DNA of 64,000 nucleotides from Candidatus Rokuibacteriota bacterium (GTDB lineage Bacteria; Methylomirabilota; Methylomirabilia; Rokubacteriales; CSP1-6): NCBI GenBank assembly GCA_023249095.1, contig JAHFDK010000009.1, positions 1,595 to 65,594 of the forward strand, read 5' to 3'. Shown piece by piece: positions 55,332 to 64,000 of this stretch (position 1 is its first letter; each line of letters starts with the position of its first letter). The notes under the pieces were generated by a model. It saw only the letters and a program-made list of their open reading frames with translations, ran no database searches and was not told where the DNA came from. The position numbers and the translations under genes were made by a program.

Positions 55332-57982
55332 GCCAGCTCGAACGAGAAGTCGCCGTTCTGGACCCCCAGAGTGATGGCGCCCAGCGGGCGCCCGGTCACC
55401 ACGCGAGCCAGATACTCCTCGCTGATCCGCGGCAGAATCGTGTTGGTGAGGATCGCGTCGATCATGCGGCCTCCGCTCTCCACCTCGGTGCACCGGGAGA
55501 CTACCAGCTTCACCACCGCATCGTCGTACGTGAACGGCACCTTGTGCTGCTCGGCGATGCGCCGGGCGATCCGGCCGAACTGCAGGCGGACGATGTCGCC
55601 CAGGATCGTGTCCGGCAGCGGGTAGTATGGCACCACGACGAGGCGGCCCAGTAACGCCGGCGGAAACACCTTGAGCAAGGGCTCGCGCACCGCGCGGGCC
55701 AGCGCCTCGGGGTCGGGCCGGAGCTCCGGATCCTTGCAGAGCGCCATCATGCGGTCGGTGCCGGTGTTCGACGTGAGCAGAATGATCGTGTTCTTGAAGT
55801 CGATGTAGCGGCCGTCGCTGTCCTCCATGAACCCCTTGTCGAAGACCTGGAAGAAGATCTCGTGGACGTCGGGGTGGGCCTTCTCCACCTCGTCCAGGAG
55901 CACCACGCTGTAGGGCCGCCGGCGCACGGCCTCGGTCAGCACGCCACCCCGTTCGTAGCCGACGTAGCCGGGCGGAGCGCCCTTGAGCGTGGAGACGGTG
56001 TGAGCCTCCTGGAACTCGCTCATGTTGATCGTGATGACATTTTCCTGGCCGCCGTAGAGCGCCTCGGCCAGCGCCAGCGCCGTCTCCGTCTTGCCCACGC
56101 CCGACGGCCCCACCAGGAGGAACACCCCGATGGGCTTCTCGGGATTGTCGAGGCGCGCCCGCGAAGTCTGGATGCGCTTGGCGATCACCTCGAGGCCGTG
56201 GCGCTGGCCCACGACGCGCGCGCCGAGGGTGTCGACGAGCTTCAGGACGGCCTCGATCTCGTTCTTGACCATCCGGCCCACCGGGATCCCCGTCCAGTCG
56301 GACACGACGGCCGCCACGGCCTGAGCGTCGACACTGGGCAGGATCAGCGGGGCATCGCCCTGCGCCTTGGCGAGGGTCGACTGCAGCCCGCGCAGCTCGG
56401 TGAGCCGCGCCTCGCGCGCCGCCGGCTCCTTGGCCTCGGCCTCGTCGCGGAGTTGCCGGCGTAGCTCGAGGATCCGGTCGACCAGCGCCCGCTCTTCCAC
56501 CCAGCGCTGCTCGAGGCCGGTCAGCCGGTCCTTCTCGGCCGCAAGCAGGCCTTCCGCGTCGGCCCTGCGGGAGCCGGTGTCGAACCCCGTCGCCTCCTCG
56601 CGAGCGATCATGTCGAGCTCGATCTGCAGCGCCTCGATCCGCCGGCGGGAGTCCTCGACTTCCGGTGGCGTGGCGTGCTGGCTCACCGCCACCCGGGCGC
56701 ACGTTGTGTCGAGCAGGCTCACCGCCTTGTCGGGAAGCTGGCGGGCCGGAATGTAGCGATGGGAGAGCTTGACCGCCGCGTCGAGCGCCTCGTCCAGCAG
56801 CTGGACGCGGTGGTGCTTCTCGAGCGTGGAGGCGACTCCGCGCAGCATGAGCAGCGCCTTGGGCTCGCTGGGCTCGAGCACCTGCACCACCTGGAACCGG
56901 CGCGTGAGGGCGGGATCCTTCTCGATGTATTTCTTGTACTCGCCCCAGGTCGTGGCCGCGATGGTTCTCAAAGTCCCGCGCGCCAGCGCAGGCTTCAGGA
57001 GATTGGCCGCGTCGCCCGTCCCCGCGGCGCCCCCAGCGCCGATCAGCGTGTGCGCCTCGTCGATGAAGAGAATGATCGGCTTCGGGGACGCCTGCACCTC
57101 GTCGATGACGGAGCGCAGCCGGTTCTCGAACTCCCCTTTCATGCTGGCGCCCGCCTGAAGAAGCCCGACGTCCAGAACCCAGAGCTGCACGTCCTTGAGA
57201 GAAGGCGGCACGTCACCCTGCGCGATCCGCAGCGCGAAGCCCTCGGCGACGGCGGTTTTCCCGACGCCGGCCTCGCCGGTGAGAATGGGATTGTTCTGTC
57301 GCCGTCGCATCAGGATGTCGATGACCTGCCGGATCTCCTCGTCACGGCTGGTGACAGGATCGATGCCGCCCGCGCGCGCCCGCGCCGTGAGATCGGAGGC
57401 GAAGCGCCTGAGCGCTTCCTGCTTGCCCATGGCCGCCGGCGGGATGGCGCTGCTCGCCTCGCCGGGCGTCCCCGCCGCGAAACCATCGCTCGCGGTCTGA
57501 CCGTCCTCCGGTGAGCCCTTGACGATGCGCGCGAAATCCTCGGTCAGCGACTCGATCTTGATTTTGTCGAACTCGCGGGAGATTCGCGTGAGCACATCGC
57601 GCAGGCGCTCGTTCTTGAGGAGCCCGACCACGAGATAGCCGCTGCGAACTTGCGACTCGCCGAACAGGAGGGTGGCGTACATCCAGGCCTCCTTGACGGT
57701 GTACGGCAGATGCTCGGCGAAGTCCTCGATGGTCGACGCGCCGCGCGGCAGCCGTTCCAGCACGTTTTGTAGATCTCGCACGAGCCGGGCGCTGTCGACA
57801 TCGAAGTGACGCAGGATGCGGTGCAGGTCCGAGTCTGGGAGGTTGACGATCTGAAAGAGCCAGTGCACGAGCTCGACGTGTGGGTTCCCCCGCAGCTTGC
57901 AGAAGGTGACGGCCCCCTCGGCAGCCTTGAACATGAGCGGGTTGAGCTTGCCGAACAGCGTCGCACGGCTGATCTCCGCCAT
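55328..57982 (-). CDS. clpV: T6SS AAA+ ATPase ClpV (TssH)
   Basis: 884 aa with a ClpV-type N-domain and two AAA+ modules (Walker A GEAGVGKT and GPSGVGKT). Confidence 0.95.
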   Translation of the reverse strand: MAEISRATLFGKLNPLMFKAAEGAVTFCKLRGNPHVELVHWLFQIVNLPDSDLHRILRHFDVDSARLVRDLQNVLERLPRGASTIEDFAEHLPYTVKEAWMYATLLFGESQVRSGYLVVGLLKNERLRDVLTRISREFDKIKIESLTEDFARIVKGSPEDGQTASDGFAAGTPGEASSAIPPAAMGKQEALRRFASDLTARARAGGIDPVTSRDEEIRQVIDILMRRRQNNPILTGEAGVGKTAVAEGFALRIAQGDVPPSLKDVQLWVLDVGLLQAGASMKGEFENRLRSVIDEVQASPKPIILFIDEAHTLIGAGGAAGTGDAANLLKPALARGTLRTIAATTWGEYKKYIEKDPALTRRFQVVQVLEPSEPKALLMLRGVASTLEKHHRVQLLDEALDAAVKLSHRYIPARQLPDKAVSLLDTTCARVAVSQHATPPEVEDSRRRIEALQIELDMIAREEATGFDTGSRRADAEGLLAAEKDRLTGLEQRWVEERALVDRILELRRQLRDEAEAKEPAAREARLTELRGLQSTLAKAQGDAPLILPSVDAQAVAAVVSDWTGIPVGRMVKNEIEAVLKLVDTLGARVVGQRHGLEVIAKRIQTSRARLDNPEKPIGVFLLVGPSGVGKTETALALAEALYGGQENVITINMSEFQEAHTVSTLKGAPPGYVGYERGGVLTEAVRRRPYSVVLLDEVEKAHPDVHEIFFQVFDKGFMEDSDGRYIDFKNTIILLTSNTGTDRMMALCKDPELRPDPEALARAVREPLLKVFPPALLGRLVVVPYYPLPDTILGDIVRLQFGRIARRIAEQHKVPFTYDDAVVKLVVSRCTEVESGGRMIDAILTNTILPRISEEYLARVVTGRPLGAITLGVQNGDFSFELA

Positions 57983-57995
57983 TGGTCTTCCTCTC

Positions 57996-59051
57996 TTATG
58001 CTGCCGCCAGAGTCGTCTGGCGCGGCTGCGGGCGCTCCGGCGCCAGAATCAGGTCGTCGGCGTCCGTGGCCGCTCGCCTGGCACCCAGCCACGTCGTCCA
58101 CCCCAGCTGGCCCTCACGGCCCAGACGGATGCCCGGCACCTCGTCGCTTGCCAGGACGAGCTGGACGTCCCAATCGAACTCGAACCCGACGTAGTTCCGC
58201 ACCCAGTGCCTGAGCCGCTCCAGGCTCCGGCCACCCGGCAGGAAGTCGCTGAAGCGGTCGAGATCCATGGGGCCCAGCACGGCCCGGAATCGGCTTTGAA
58301 CATCACGGACGCGCTCGCCGATCACCGTGCCCTGACCGAGCATACCGCTCAGCCGCGTGTCGCCGCCCAGGACGGTTCGCTGGTCCCTGGGCAGCTCCAG
58401 CCAACCCAGCACGAACTGGTCCACACGCGCGGGGAGCCGGAAGAAGCCCTCCAGGATCGAGGCCAGGCCCTCGGCGTTCTTCGAGCTCCGCGCCAGGTGC
58501 CCGACGAAGAACCGCTTGGCGTGATCGGGCACGGCGTCGCGACCGCGCGTGCCGGGCAAGCCGTGTCCGGCCAGCGATCCCACGTACACGGTGAACCGGT
58601 CCTCGTCGGGTCGGTCCTGTTGAACCGTCGGGCGCGCCTCGGCCCACGCGCGGTAGAAGAAGAGTCCGAGCCGGTGGTGGAAGAGGTCGAGGAAGCGCGC
58701 CAAGGTCGCGTCCCCGTGGTGCAGCAGCCGCTCCCGTGCGTACTCCGTGAGGTGCAGCGGCAAGGGCCCGTTGGGCCCGAGGAGGCCGAAGAACCGCTGC
58801 TCGAGCCTGGGCGGTCTTGCCCCATCCGCCTCGAACGCCGAAAGCGTCGATGGCGCGAAGGCGACGGAGGGCTCCTGGGAGAGGCGGACCGGCTCATCCC
58901 CCGGACGCAGGGCTCTCCCCAGCCGCGGCCGGTCCGCGAACAGACCCTCGATGCGGCGCAAGGCCTGGAAAAAGTCGAACGACCAGGGCGCCCGCGCGAG
59001 CGCCGCGAACAGAGCTACACGAGCTGTCGCGCGGCCATCCGTGGCGGCCAC
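57996..59051 (-). CDS. tssG: T6SS baseplate subunit TssG
   Basis: PWSFDFFQALRRIE...LRPGDEPVRLSQEPS.AF is the TssG hallmark. The start may be slightly downstream, because the 37-nt overlap with tssF is long. Confidence 0.9.
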   Translation of the reverse strand: MAATDGRATARVALFAALARAPWSFDFFQALRRIEGLFADRPRLGRALRPGDEPVRLSQEPSVAFAPSTLSAFEADGARPPRLEQRFFGLLGPNGPLPLHLTEYARERLLHHGDATLARFLDLFHHRLGLFFYRAWAEARPTVQQDRPDEDRFTVYVGSLAGHGLPGTRGRDAVPDHAKRFFVGHLARSSKNAEGLASILEGFFRLPARVDQFVLGWLELPRDQRTVLGGDTRLSGMLGQGTVIGERVRDVQSRFRAVLGPMDLDRFSDFLPGGRSLERLRHWVRNYVGFEFDWDVQLVLASDEVPGIRLGREGQLGWTTWLGARRAATDADDLILAPERPQPRQTTLAAA

Positions 59052-60904
59052 CGCTTGATTTCCCCCCGTCTCTCGGACACGAGCAGGAGCTCGGTGAAGG
59101 TGTTCATGGACGCGAGTCGCGCAAAGACCTGCTCGAGCACCGCCCCCAGCAGGAAGGCGCTCGCCCCGGCAAACGGGGTCTCATCCACGATGAGCCGAAT
59201 CTCCAGCCCGCGTCCGAAGACGATGGGGCCCGGTACGGGCAGACGACGCGTGCGTGGCGTGACGGCCACGCGGCGCACGCCCTGCGTCTGCCGTCGCGAG
59301 ACCGCGTCCGGCATGTCGGCATCGACCAGATCCGCGTAGAGCTCCAGGAACTCACGGAGCGCCGTCGCGCCCTGCTCCTCGTTGAGATCCGCGACGGTCA
59401 GGTAGTTGAGCGAGAGATGGCTCGTGAGCCGCCACGGGATCTCGCCATCGAGGACCGCCGGTCGAGGTCGACTCGGTCCGCGCAGACACCGGACACCCTC
59501 GACCGGCGCAGAGATCGCGAGGCTGAAGTCCTTGTCGCTCCCCACAGGCATCAGCAGCGGCAGGTCGCGGTTGCTGACGAGCACGTCCACCGCAAGCTGC
59601 CGGAGCGCTTCAGAGTACGGCGCCTCGCGCGGATCGACCAGCGACAGGGACACCTCGCTGCCGATGTAGCTGGTCCGAGCGCCGTCGCGGCGCTGCTTCT
59701 CCGAGAGGGCCCGCGGCTCGCGCCGCACGGTGAAGTACCCGTGCGACGGCTGCGAGCCGTCCGCGTCGACCGACGCGTAGAATGGGCGGAACTCTTGCTC
59801 CGCCTCGAGGCCCTCGCCGTAGCCGACGACCCGCTCGACGCTGTACACCTCGAAATCCATCGGCTTCGTGCGGTCGACGACCACGTGGTGCTCTGCCTGC
59901 TGGTCGGTGACGTGGATCCGATCGGAGCGCCTCGAAAAGAGGTTGATGGCCGGAGTGCAGTGGAGCGCGAAGCCGCCCTTGTCGACGAGCGCCCCCAGCG
60001 CGGCATCTCCCCGCGCCAGCGGGATCACCAGTTCGATTTCGTCCCCGGTGTGGCGCGCCAGCGCCTTCCGGAGGCCCACCAGCTCCACGAACCGGAAGCG
60101 CTCAGCGAACGCGAAGTATTCGTGCAGCAGCCGATAGCCGCTGAACGAGCGGGTCGTGTAGGGGATCAGCGCCTGGTCCCTGGCGAAGCCCACCGGCTGG
60201 ATCGACTCACGCCTCAGCCACTCGAACCACGGCGCGGGGCGGGCCGGTGGTCCAACGAGCACGCCGAGTCCGCTACCAAGGATGAGCTCGTAGAGCTTCA
60301 GGGCAATCTCGTCGCTCCCGGCAAGGAACAGGTTCAGCCGATCCAGGGCGATCTGCTGGAAGGTGTACGGAGCGGGCGCGCGCAGCCGAAGGCGCAGCAC
60401 GGCCTGTACCGGCTCGACGAGCCCGAGCGTGTTGAGCGGAAGGTCCGGCGCGAACGGCGCGTATCGGGCCTCGGTGATCTCGATGGGCCATAGCGTCACG
60501 TCGTGGGCCGTGCGGAACTGGCAGGCCGTCACCTCCCCCCGGGGAATCTGGCCACGGAGCAGGGTGCCCCGGGGGACCACGAAGCCATCGACGAGGGATC
60601 CCTCGGTCACGGCGGGGGCGAACTGGACGATCGCCATGGCCGGCGTCGGGGTCAGATAGTGCGGATACACGACCTCCAGAAGGTGCTGGGTGAAGCGCGG
60701 GAACTCGGCGTCCAGCTTGAGACGGACGCGGGCGGCGAGAAAGCTGAACCCCTCGAGCAGCCGCTCGACGTACGGATCCGCCACTTCGGTCGCGTCGAGC
60801 GCCAGGCGCGCGGCGATCTTGGGGAACGCGGCCGCGAATTCAACCCCCATCTCCCGCATGTACTGCAGCTCCTGGCTGTAGTAGCGCAGCATCCGGGCGT
60901 CCAT
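59015..60904 (-). CDS. tssF: T6SS baseplate subunit TssF
   Basis: MDARMLRYYSQELQYMREMGVEFAAAFPKIAARL is the canonical TssF N-terminus. 629 aa. Confidence 0.9.
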   Translation of the reverse strand: MDARMLRYYSQELQYMREMGVEFAAAFPKIAARLALDATEVADPYVERLLEGFSFLAARVRLKLDAEFPRFTQHLLEVVYPHYLTPTPAMAIVQFAPAVTEGSLVDGFVVPRGTLLRGQIPRGEVTACQFRTAHDVTLWPIEITEARYAPFAPDLPLNTLGLVEPVQAVLRLRLRAPAPYTFQQIALDRLNLFLAGSDEIALKLYELILGSGLGVLVGPPARPAPWFEWLRRESIQPVGFARDQALIPYTTRSFSGYRLLHEYFAFAERFRFVELVGLRKALARHTGDEIELVIPLARGDAALGALVDKGGFALHCTPAINLFSRRSDRIHVTDQQAEHHVVVDRTKPMDFEVYSVERVVGYGEGLEAEQEFRPFYASVDADGSQPSHGYFTVRREPRALSEKQRRDGARTSYIGSEVSLSLVDPREAPYSEALRQLAVDVLVSNRDLPLLMPVGSDKDFSLAISAPVEGVRCLRGPSRPRPAVLDGEIPWRLTSHLSLNYLTVADLNEEQGATALREFLELYADLVDADMPDAVSRRQTQGVRRVAVTPRTRRLPVPGPIVFGRGLEIRLIVDETPFAGASAFLLGAVLEQVFARLASMNTFTELLLVSERRGEIKRWPPRMAARQLV

Positions 60905-61407
60905 CAGCGCCCCTCGGCGATGCGAATCTCACCGCTCTCCAGATCCATGTCGGTCTTGATCAGTAGATCGAGCGGGTACGGCTGGGACCAGAGCTCGCCC
61001 GTGATCTCGAAGGAGATGATGTTGTGGTGACCCATTGGATCCGTCGCCGGAATACCCCGGACCGCGAGCGAGCCCGGGAGGATCCTCGGCTCGAACCGCA
61101 GAATCGCCTCCTTGAGAATCCGCTCCATCGCATGAAGCTCCAGACCCGCGACGGTACTGCCGGCCAGGGGGGGCAGGCCAAAGTTCAGGGTCGATTGGGC
61201 TGCGAGCGGGTGGGCGGAGAGGTCTACTGAGCTGGCGAGGTTCGTCGAGTTGAAGAGCCAGGACAGGTCCCGCAGCACGGACGCCCGGAGCTGAGCGCGG
61301 CTCAGAACGCGCTCGTCCCGGCCCTCGACCTTGCGCGCTGGGTCGTGGTCGGTCAGCCGGTCGAGTAGGGCGGGCTGCAGCGCATCCCGCGCGCCGACCT
61401 CGACCAT
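60904..61407 (-). CDS. tssE: T6SS baseplate subunit TssE (gp25-like)
   Basis: LQPALLDRLTD...LRASVLRDLSWLFNST... is the GPW/gp25 family pattern. 167 aa. Confidence 0.85.
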   Translation of the reverse strand: MVEVGARDALQPALLDRLTDHDPARKVEGRDERVLSRAQLRASVLRDLSWLFNSTNLASSVDLSAHPLAAQSTLNFGLPPLAGSTVAGLELHAMERILKEAILRFEPRILPGSLAVRGIPATDPMGHHNIISFEITGELWSQPYPLDLLIKTDMDLESGEIRIAEGR

Positions 61408-61408
61408 C

Positions 61409-62206
61409 TCACGCCTCCGCTCCTCCGAGCTCGATGCGCCGCACGCTCAGGAGAGCATACTCGTCCGCGCCAGTGGCGAACATCCGCTGACCCCGGCCGT
61501 GGAACGTTTCCGGCGCCACCTCGTCCCACTCGGTCTTCCGGCCGAGCCGGATCAGTCCGTCCGCGTCCGCCTCCGACCCGGGATACCGGGCGGGAATCAG
61601 GGCCGTAGCTTCGCCTCCGTTGGCGAGGCCGAGCTTGGCGGGCATCCATACGACATCACGCAGATCCGCCGGCGCCTCGAGCGCGACGGAGCGGATGCGC
61701 TCGAACGGCACCCAGTAGTAGCGACCCTCGACAATCGCCTCGCACACGGGCCCCAGTCGCGAGTCAGCGTCGGCGATCCAGTCGAATGCCTGCCCGTCGA
61801 TGGTGCCCGGCACCGGCCGGGCCTTCTCCAGGGCCTCCGACCGGAGCGCGGCCGCTTCGGCGCCCCGGCCCTGAGCGGCCACGGATAGCGCCTGGAACAG
61901 GAGCGCAACCCAGGGCAGTGGCTCCCCCAGGATCAGGGGGGTCCGGGCGCCGGCGAAGACCTCGCCCCGAAGCAACTCGCAGGCGATAGCCGCGCCGTAG
62001 ACGTGCACGAGGGCGAGGGAGCCCGCGTTCAGCTCGCCCAGCACCTTGAGCTGAGCGCGGGCTCGCTCCCAGTCCCCGAGCACACACAAGAGCTGGAACA
62101 GGAACACCCGATATTCTGCGTTGTCGGGGGCCTTGCGGACGTGGTCTTGCAACTCGGTCAAGGCCTCCTGGACACGTCCCTCACGCAGACTCTGCTCGGC
62201 AAGCAT
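61409..62206 (-). CDS. tagJ: T6SS accessory protein TagJ (ImpE/SciE family)
   Basis: Closely parallels P. aeruginosa TagJ1 as I recall it (LFQLL.V.G.W.RA..QLKV.GEL......V..Y..AI.CE.LR.EVFAG..TP...G.P..W...ANGG). It occupies the same hcp-tagJ-tssE position. Confidence 0.8.
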   Translation of the reverse strand: MLAEQSLREGRVQEALTELQDHVRKAPDNAEYRVFLFQLLCVLGDWERARAQLKVLGELNAGSLALVHVYGAAIACELLRGEVFAGARTPLILGEPLPWVALLFQALSVAAQGRGAEAAALRSEALEKARPVPGTIDGQAFDWIADADSRLGPVCEAIVEGRYYWVPFERIRSVALEAPADLRDVVWMPAKLGLANGGEATALIPARYPGSEADADGLIRLGRKTEWDEVAPETFHGRGQRMFATGADEYALLSVRRIELGGAEA

Positions 62207-62230
62207 TCGGCTCTCCGGCGGCGACCAGCC

Positions 62231-62713
62231 CTAGATCTTCTCGTTCTTCACGATGTCCCAGCCCATCTTGGGCTTGGCCCCCGCCCCGCCCTGGGCGTTC
62301 TGCTCGGTGTAGTCGACCTTGACCTTGCCGAAGTTCAGGGTCACGTTCTCGGTCAAACGGTCCTCACCGCCCGAGCCGCCGGTGTGGACCCCGGCGATGA
62401 TGACGTCCTCCAGGGTGATGACCAGGTACTCGAGCGGGTTCTCACCCGCCTTGCGGACCGTCAGCTTGGCATCCTTGAGGTGCTTGCCGTTGCAGCAGGC
62501 CAGCATCAGATCCGGCGACGCCGTGTCCAAGTGCTTGGTGAACGACAGGTCCTGCACGTTGACCTTGCCCGCACCACTGCCGCCACCCTGGTGGGACGAT
62601 CCCGACTGCGACATGCCCCAACTCCACGCCAGGACGTCGATCGAGCCCTTGTGCTTACTGTCCCCGGATTCACCCTTGATATCAGCGATCTTGATGAACA
62701 TGTCGACGGCCAT
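62231..62713 (-). CDS. hcp: T6SS tube protein Hcp (TssD)
   Basis: MAVDMFIKIADIKGESGDSKHKGSIDVLAWSWGMSQ... is the canonical Hcp1 N-terminus. 160 aa. Confidence 0.95.
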   Translation of the reverse strand: MAVDMFIKIADIKGESGDSKHKGSIDVLAWSWGMSQSGSSHQGGGSGAGKVNVQDLSFTKHLDTASPDLMLACCNGKHLKDAKLTVRKAGENPLEYLVITLEDVIIAGVHTGGSGGEDRLTENVTLNFGKVKVDYTEQNAQGGAGAKPKMGWDIVKNEKI

Positions 62714-62790
62714 GGGTCCTCTCCCCTTCCTGCGTCACGTGATCGGCTCGCGAACTCCTGTTTCCCCGTTTGGGCGAAATCTTCAGCGCC

Positions 62791-64000
62791 TCATTTGCCG
62801 CCCTTGGCCGACGGCAGCTTGGACACCAGTCGGAGCGACACCGTCAGGCCCTCGAGCTGATAGTGAGGCCGCAGAAAGAACTTCGCGCTGTAATAGCCCG
62901 GATTGCCTTCCACCTCTTCGACGGTCACCTCGGCCGCCGCCAATGGATACTTGGCCTTGGTCTCTTCACCCGCCGACGCCGGATTGCTGAGAACATACTG
63001 GGAGATCCACTTGTTCAGCCACGCCTCCATCTCGTTCCGCTCTTTGAAGGAGCCGATCTTGTCGCGCACGATGCACTTGAGGTAGTGCGCGAACCGGCAG
63101 GCCGCGAAGAGGTACGGCAACCGGGCTGCGAGATTGGCGTTGGCGGTCGCGTCCGCGTCGGTGTACTCGAACGGCTTCTGCAGCGACTGGGCGCCGATGA
63201 ACGCCGCGATGTCGGTGTTCTTCCGGTGGAGCAACGGCATGAAGCCGTTCTTGGCCAGCTCGGCCTCGCGCCGATCGCTGATGGCGATCTCGGTCGGGCA
63301 CTTCATGTCCACCCCGCCGTCGTCGGTCGGGAACGTGTGGACGGGCAGGCCTTCCACCGCGCCGCCGGACTCCACGCCACGGATGCGCGAGCACCAGCCG
63401 TACATCTTGTACGACCGCGTGATGTTCACACCCATCGCGTAGGCCGAGTTCACCCACGTGAACTTCTCGTGACGGGCGCCCTCGGTGTCTTCTCGAAAGT
63501 CGAACTCTTCCACCGGGTTGGCCTTGCCGTAGGGGTACCGGCCGAGGAACCTCGGCATGGCCAGCCCGACGTATCGCGCGTCTTCCGACTCGCGCAGCGA
63601 ACGCCACGGCGCGTATTCCGGCGTCGTGAAGATCTTGGTGAGATCCCGTGGGTTCGCCAGCTCCTGCCAGCTCTCCATCTGCATCAGCGAGGGCGCGACC
63701 CCCGCGATGAACGGGCAGTGCGCCGCCGCCGCCACCTGCGCCATCTGGCCGACCAGCTCCGCGTCCGGTGGCGTGTGATCGAAGTAGTAGTCGCCCACCA
63801 GGCAACCGAAGGGCTCGCCGCCGAACTGCCCGTACTCCGCTTCGTAGACCTTTTTGAAGACCGGGCTCTGGTCCCAGGCCACCCCTTTGAACCGCTTGAG
63901 GGTCCGTCCGAGGTCTGCCTTGGAGATGTTCATGACGCGGATCTTCAACATCTCGTCGGTCTCGGTGTTGTTGACCAGATAGCTGAGCCCACGCCAGGCG
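62791..64000 (-). CDS. tssC: T6SS contractile sheath large subunit TssC (5' end outside window)
   Basis: The frame stays open to the window edge (...AWRGLSYLVNNTETDEMLKIRVMNISKADL...), and the whole visible part is colinear with VipB/TssC. The track ORF start at 63951 is only an internal Met. Confidence 0.95.
   Translation of the reverse strand, partial: AWRGLSYLVNNTETDEMLKIRVMNISKADLGRTLKRFKGVAWDQSPVFKKVYEAEYGQFGGEPFGCLVGDYYFDHTPPDAELVGQMAQVAAAAHCPFIAGVAPSLMQMESWQELANPRDLTKIFTTPEYAPWRSLRESEDARYVGLAMPRFLGRYPYGKANPVEEFDFREDTEGARHEKFTWVNSAYAMGVNITRSYKMYGWCSRIRGVESGGAVEGLPVHTFPTDDGGVDMKCPTEIAISDRREAELAKNGFMPLLHRKNTDIAAFIGAQSLQKPFEYTDADATANANLAARLPYLFAACRFAHYLKCIVRDKIGSFKERNEMEAWLNKWISQYVLSNPASAGEETKAKYPLAAAEVTVEEVEGNPGYYSAKFFLRPHYQLEGLTVSLRLVSKLPSAKGGK

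Noticed and set aside
53403-56702. 1099-aa ORF suggesting a VgrG with a huge N-terminal extension
   Set aside because: The VgrG homology begins at ATG 55331. The upstream 450 codons or so are an alternative frame of clpV with Arg/Gly-rich composition.

Overview
High-GC (about 68-70% by eye) bacterial chromosomal segment. I see no rRNA, tRNA, CRISPR array or transposase. Positions 1-28,150 are mostly ordinary genes: a GGDEF tail, an HD-GYP response regulator, a thiolase/DUF35 pair, SDRs, a two-large-subunit xanthine-dehydrogenase-family Mo-enzyme cluster (L-M-S-L), an Ldh_2 oxidoreductase, a LigAB-like extradiol dioxygenase, a MacAB-like ABC efflux operon, sthA and a LysM/polysaccharide-deacetylase lipoprotein. 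This part also holds a tightly overlapping four-gene HTH / SEC-C / nucleotidyltransferase / UPF0158 module. Positions 28,228-64,000 are a type VI secretion system (T6SS) locus with gene order close to the Pseudomonas aeruginosa H1-T6SS. Arm 1 (+ strand) is pppA-ppkA-tssJ-tssK-tssL(OmpA)-tssM-tagF. Arm 2 (- strand, running out of the window) is tssC-hcp-tagJ-tssE-tssF-tssG-clpV-vgrG. Downstream of vgrG lie two DUF2169 paralogs, an atypical PAAR-like protein and an Rhs protein. Between the arms (about 39.1-50.4 kb) is a lower-GC variable region with the most interesting content. (1) The Rhs C-terminal domain has cholera/pertussis/pierisin-like R, S-T-T and E motifs, suggesting an ADP-ribosyltransferase. 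It is followed by a 103-aa candidate immunity ORF and a 209-aa ORF whose motifs resemble NADAR ADP-ribosyl hydrolases. I hypothesise this is an uncharacterised enzymatic-immunity module. (2) An orphan papain-like (CHAP/NlpC-P60-type) protein sits between tagF and tagH. (3) A 255-aa ORF with a strong RBS that I cannot place is divergent from tagH. (4) There are decayed DUF922-protease-like and DUF4279-like genes. (5) An operon-like trio of two small membrane proteins plus a NifS/IscS-type cysteine desulfurase is embedded in the T6SS locus. All family assignments come from reading motifs by eye, and none has been confirmed by a search.
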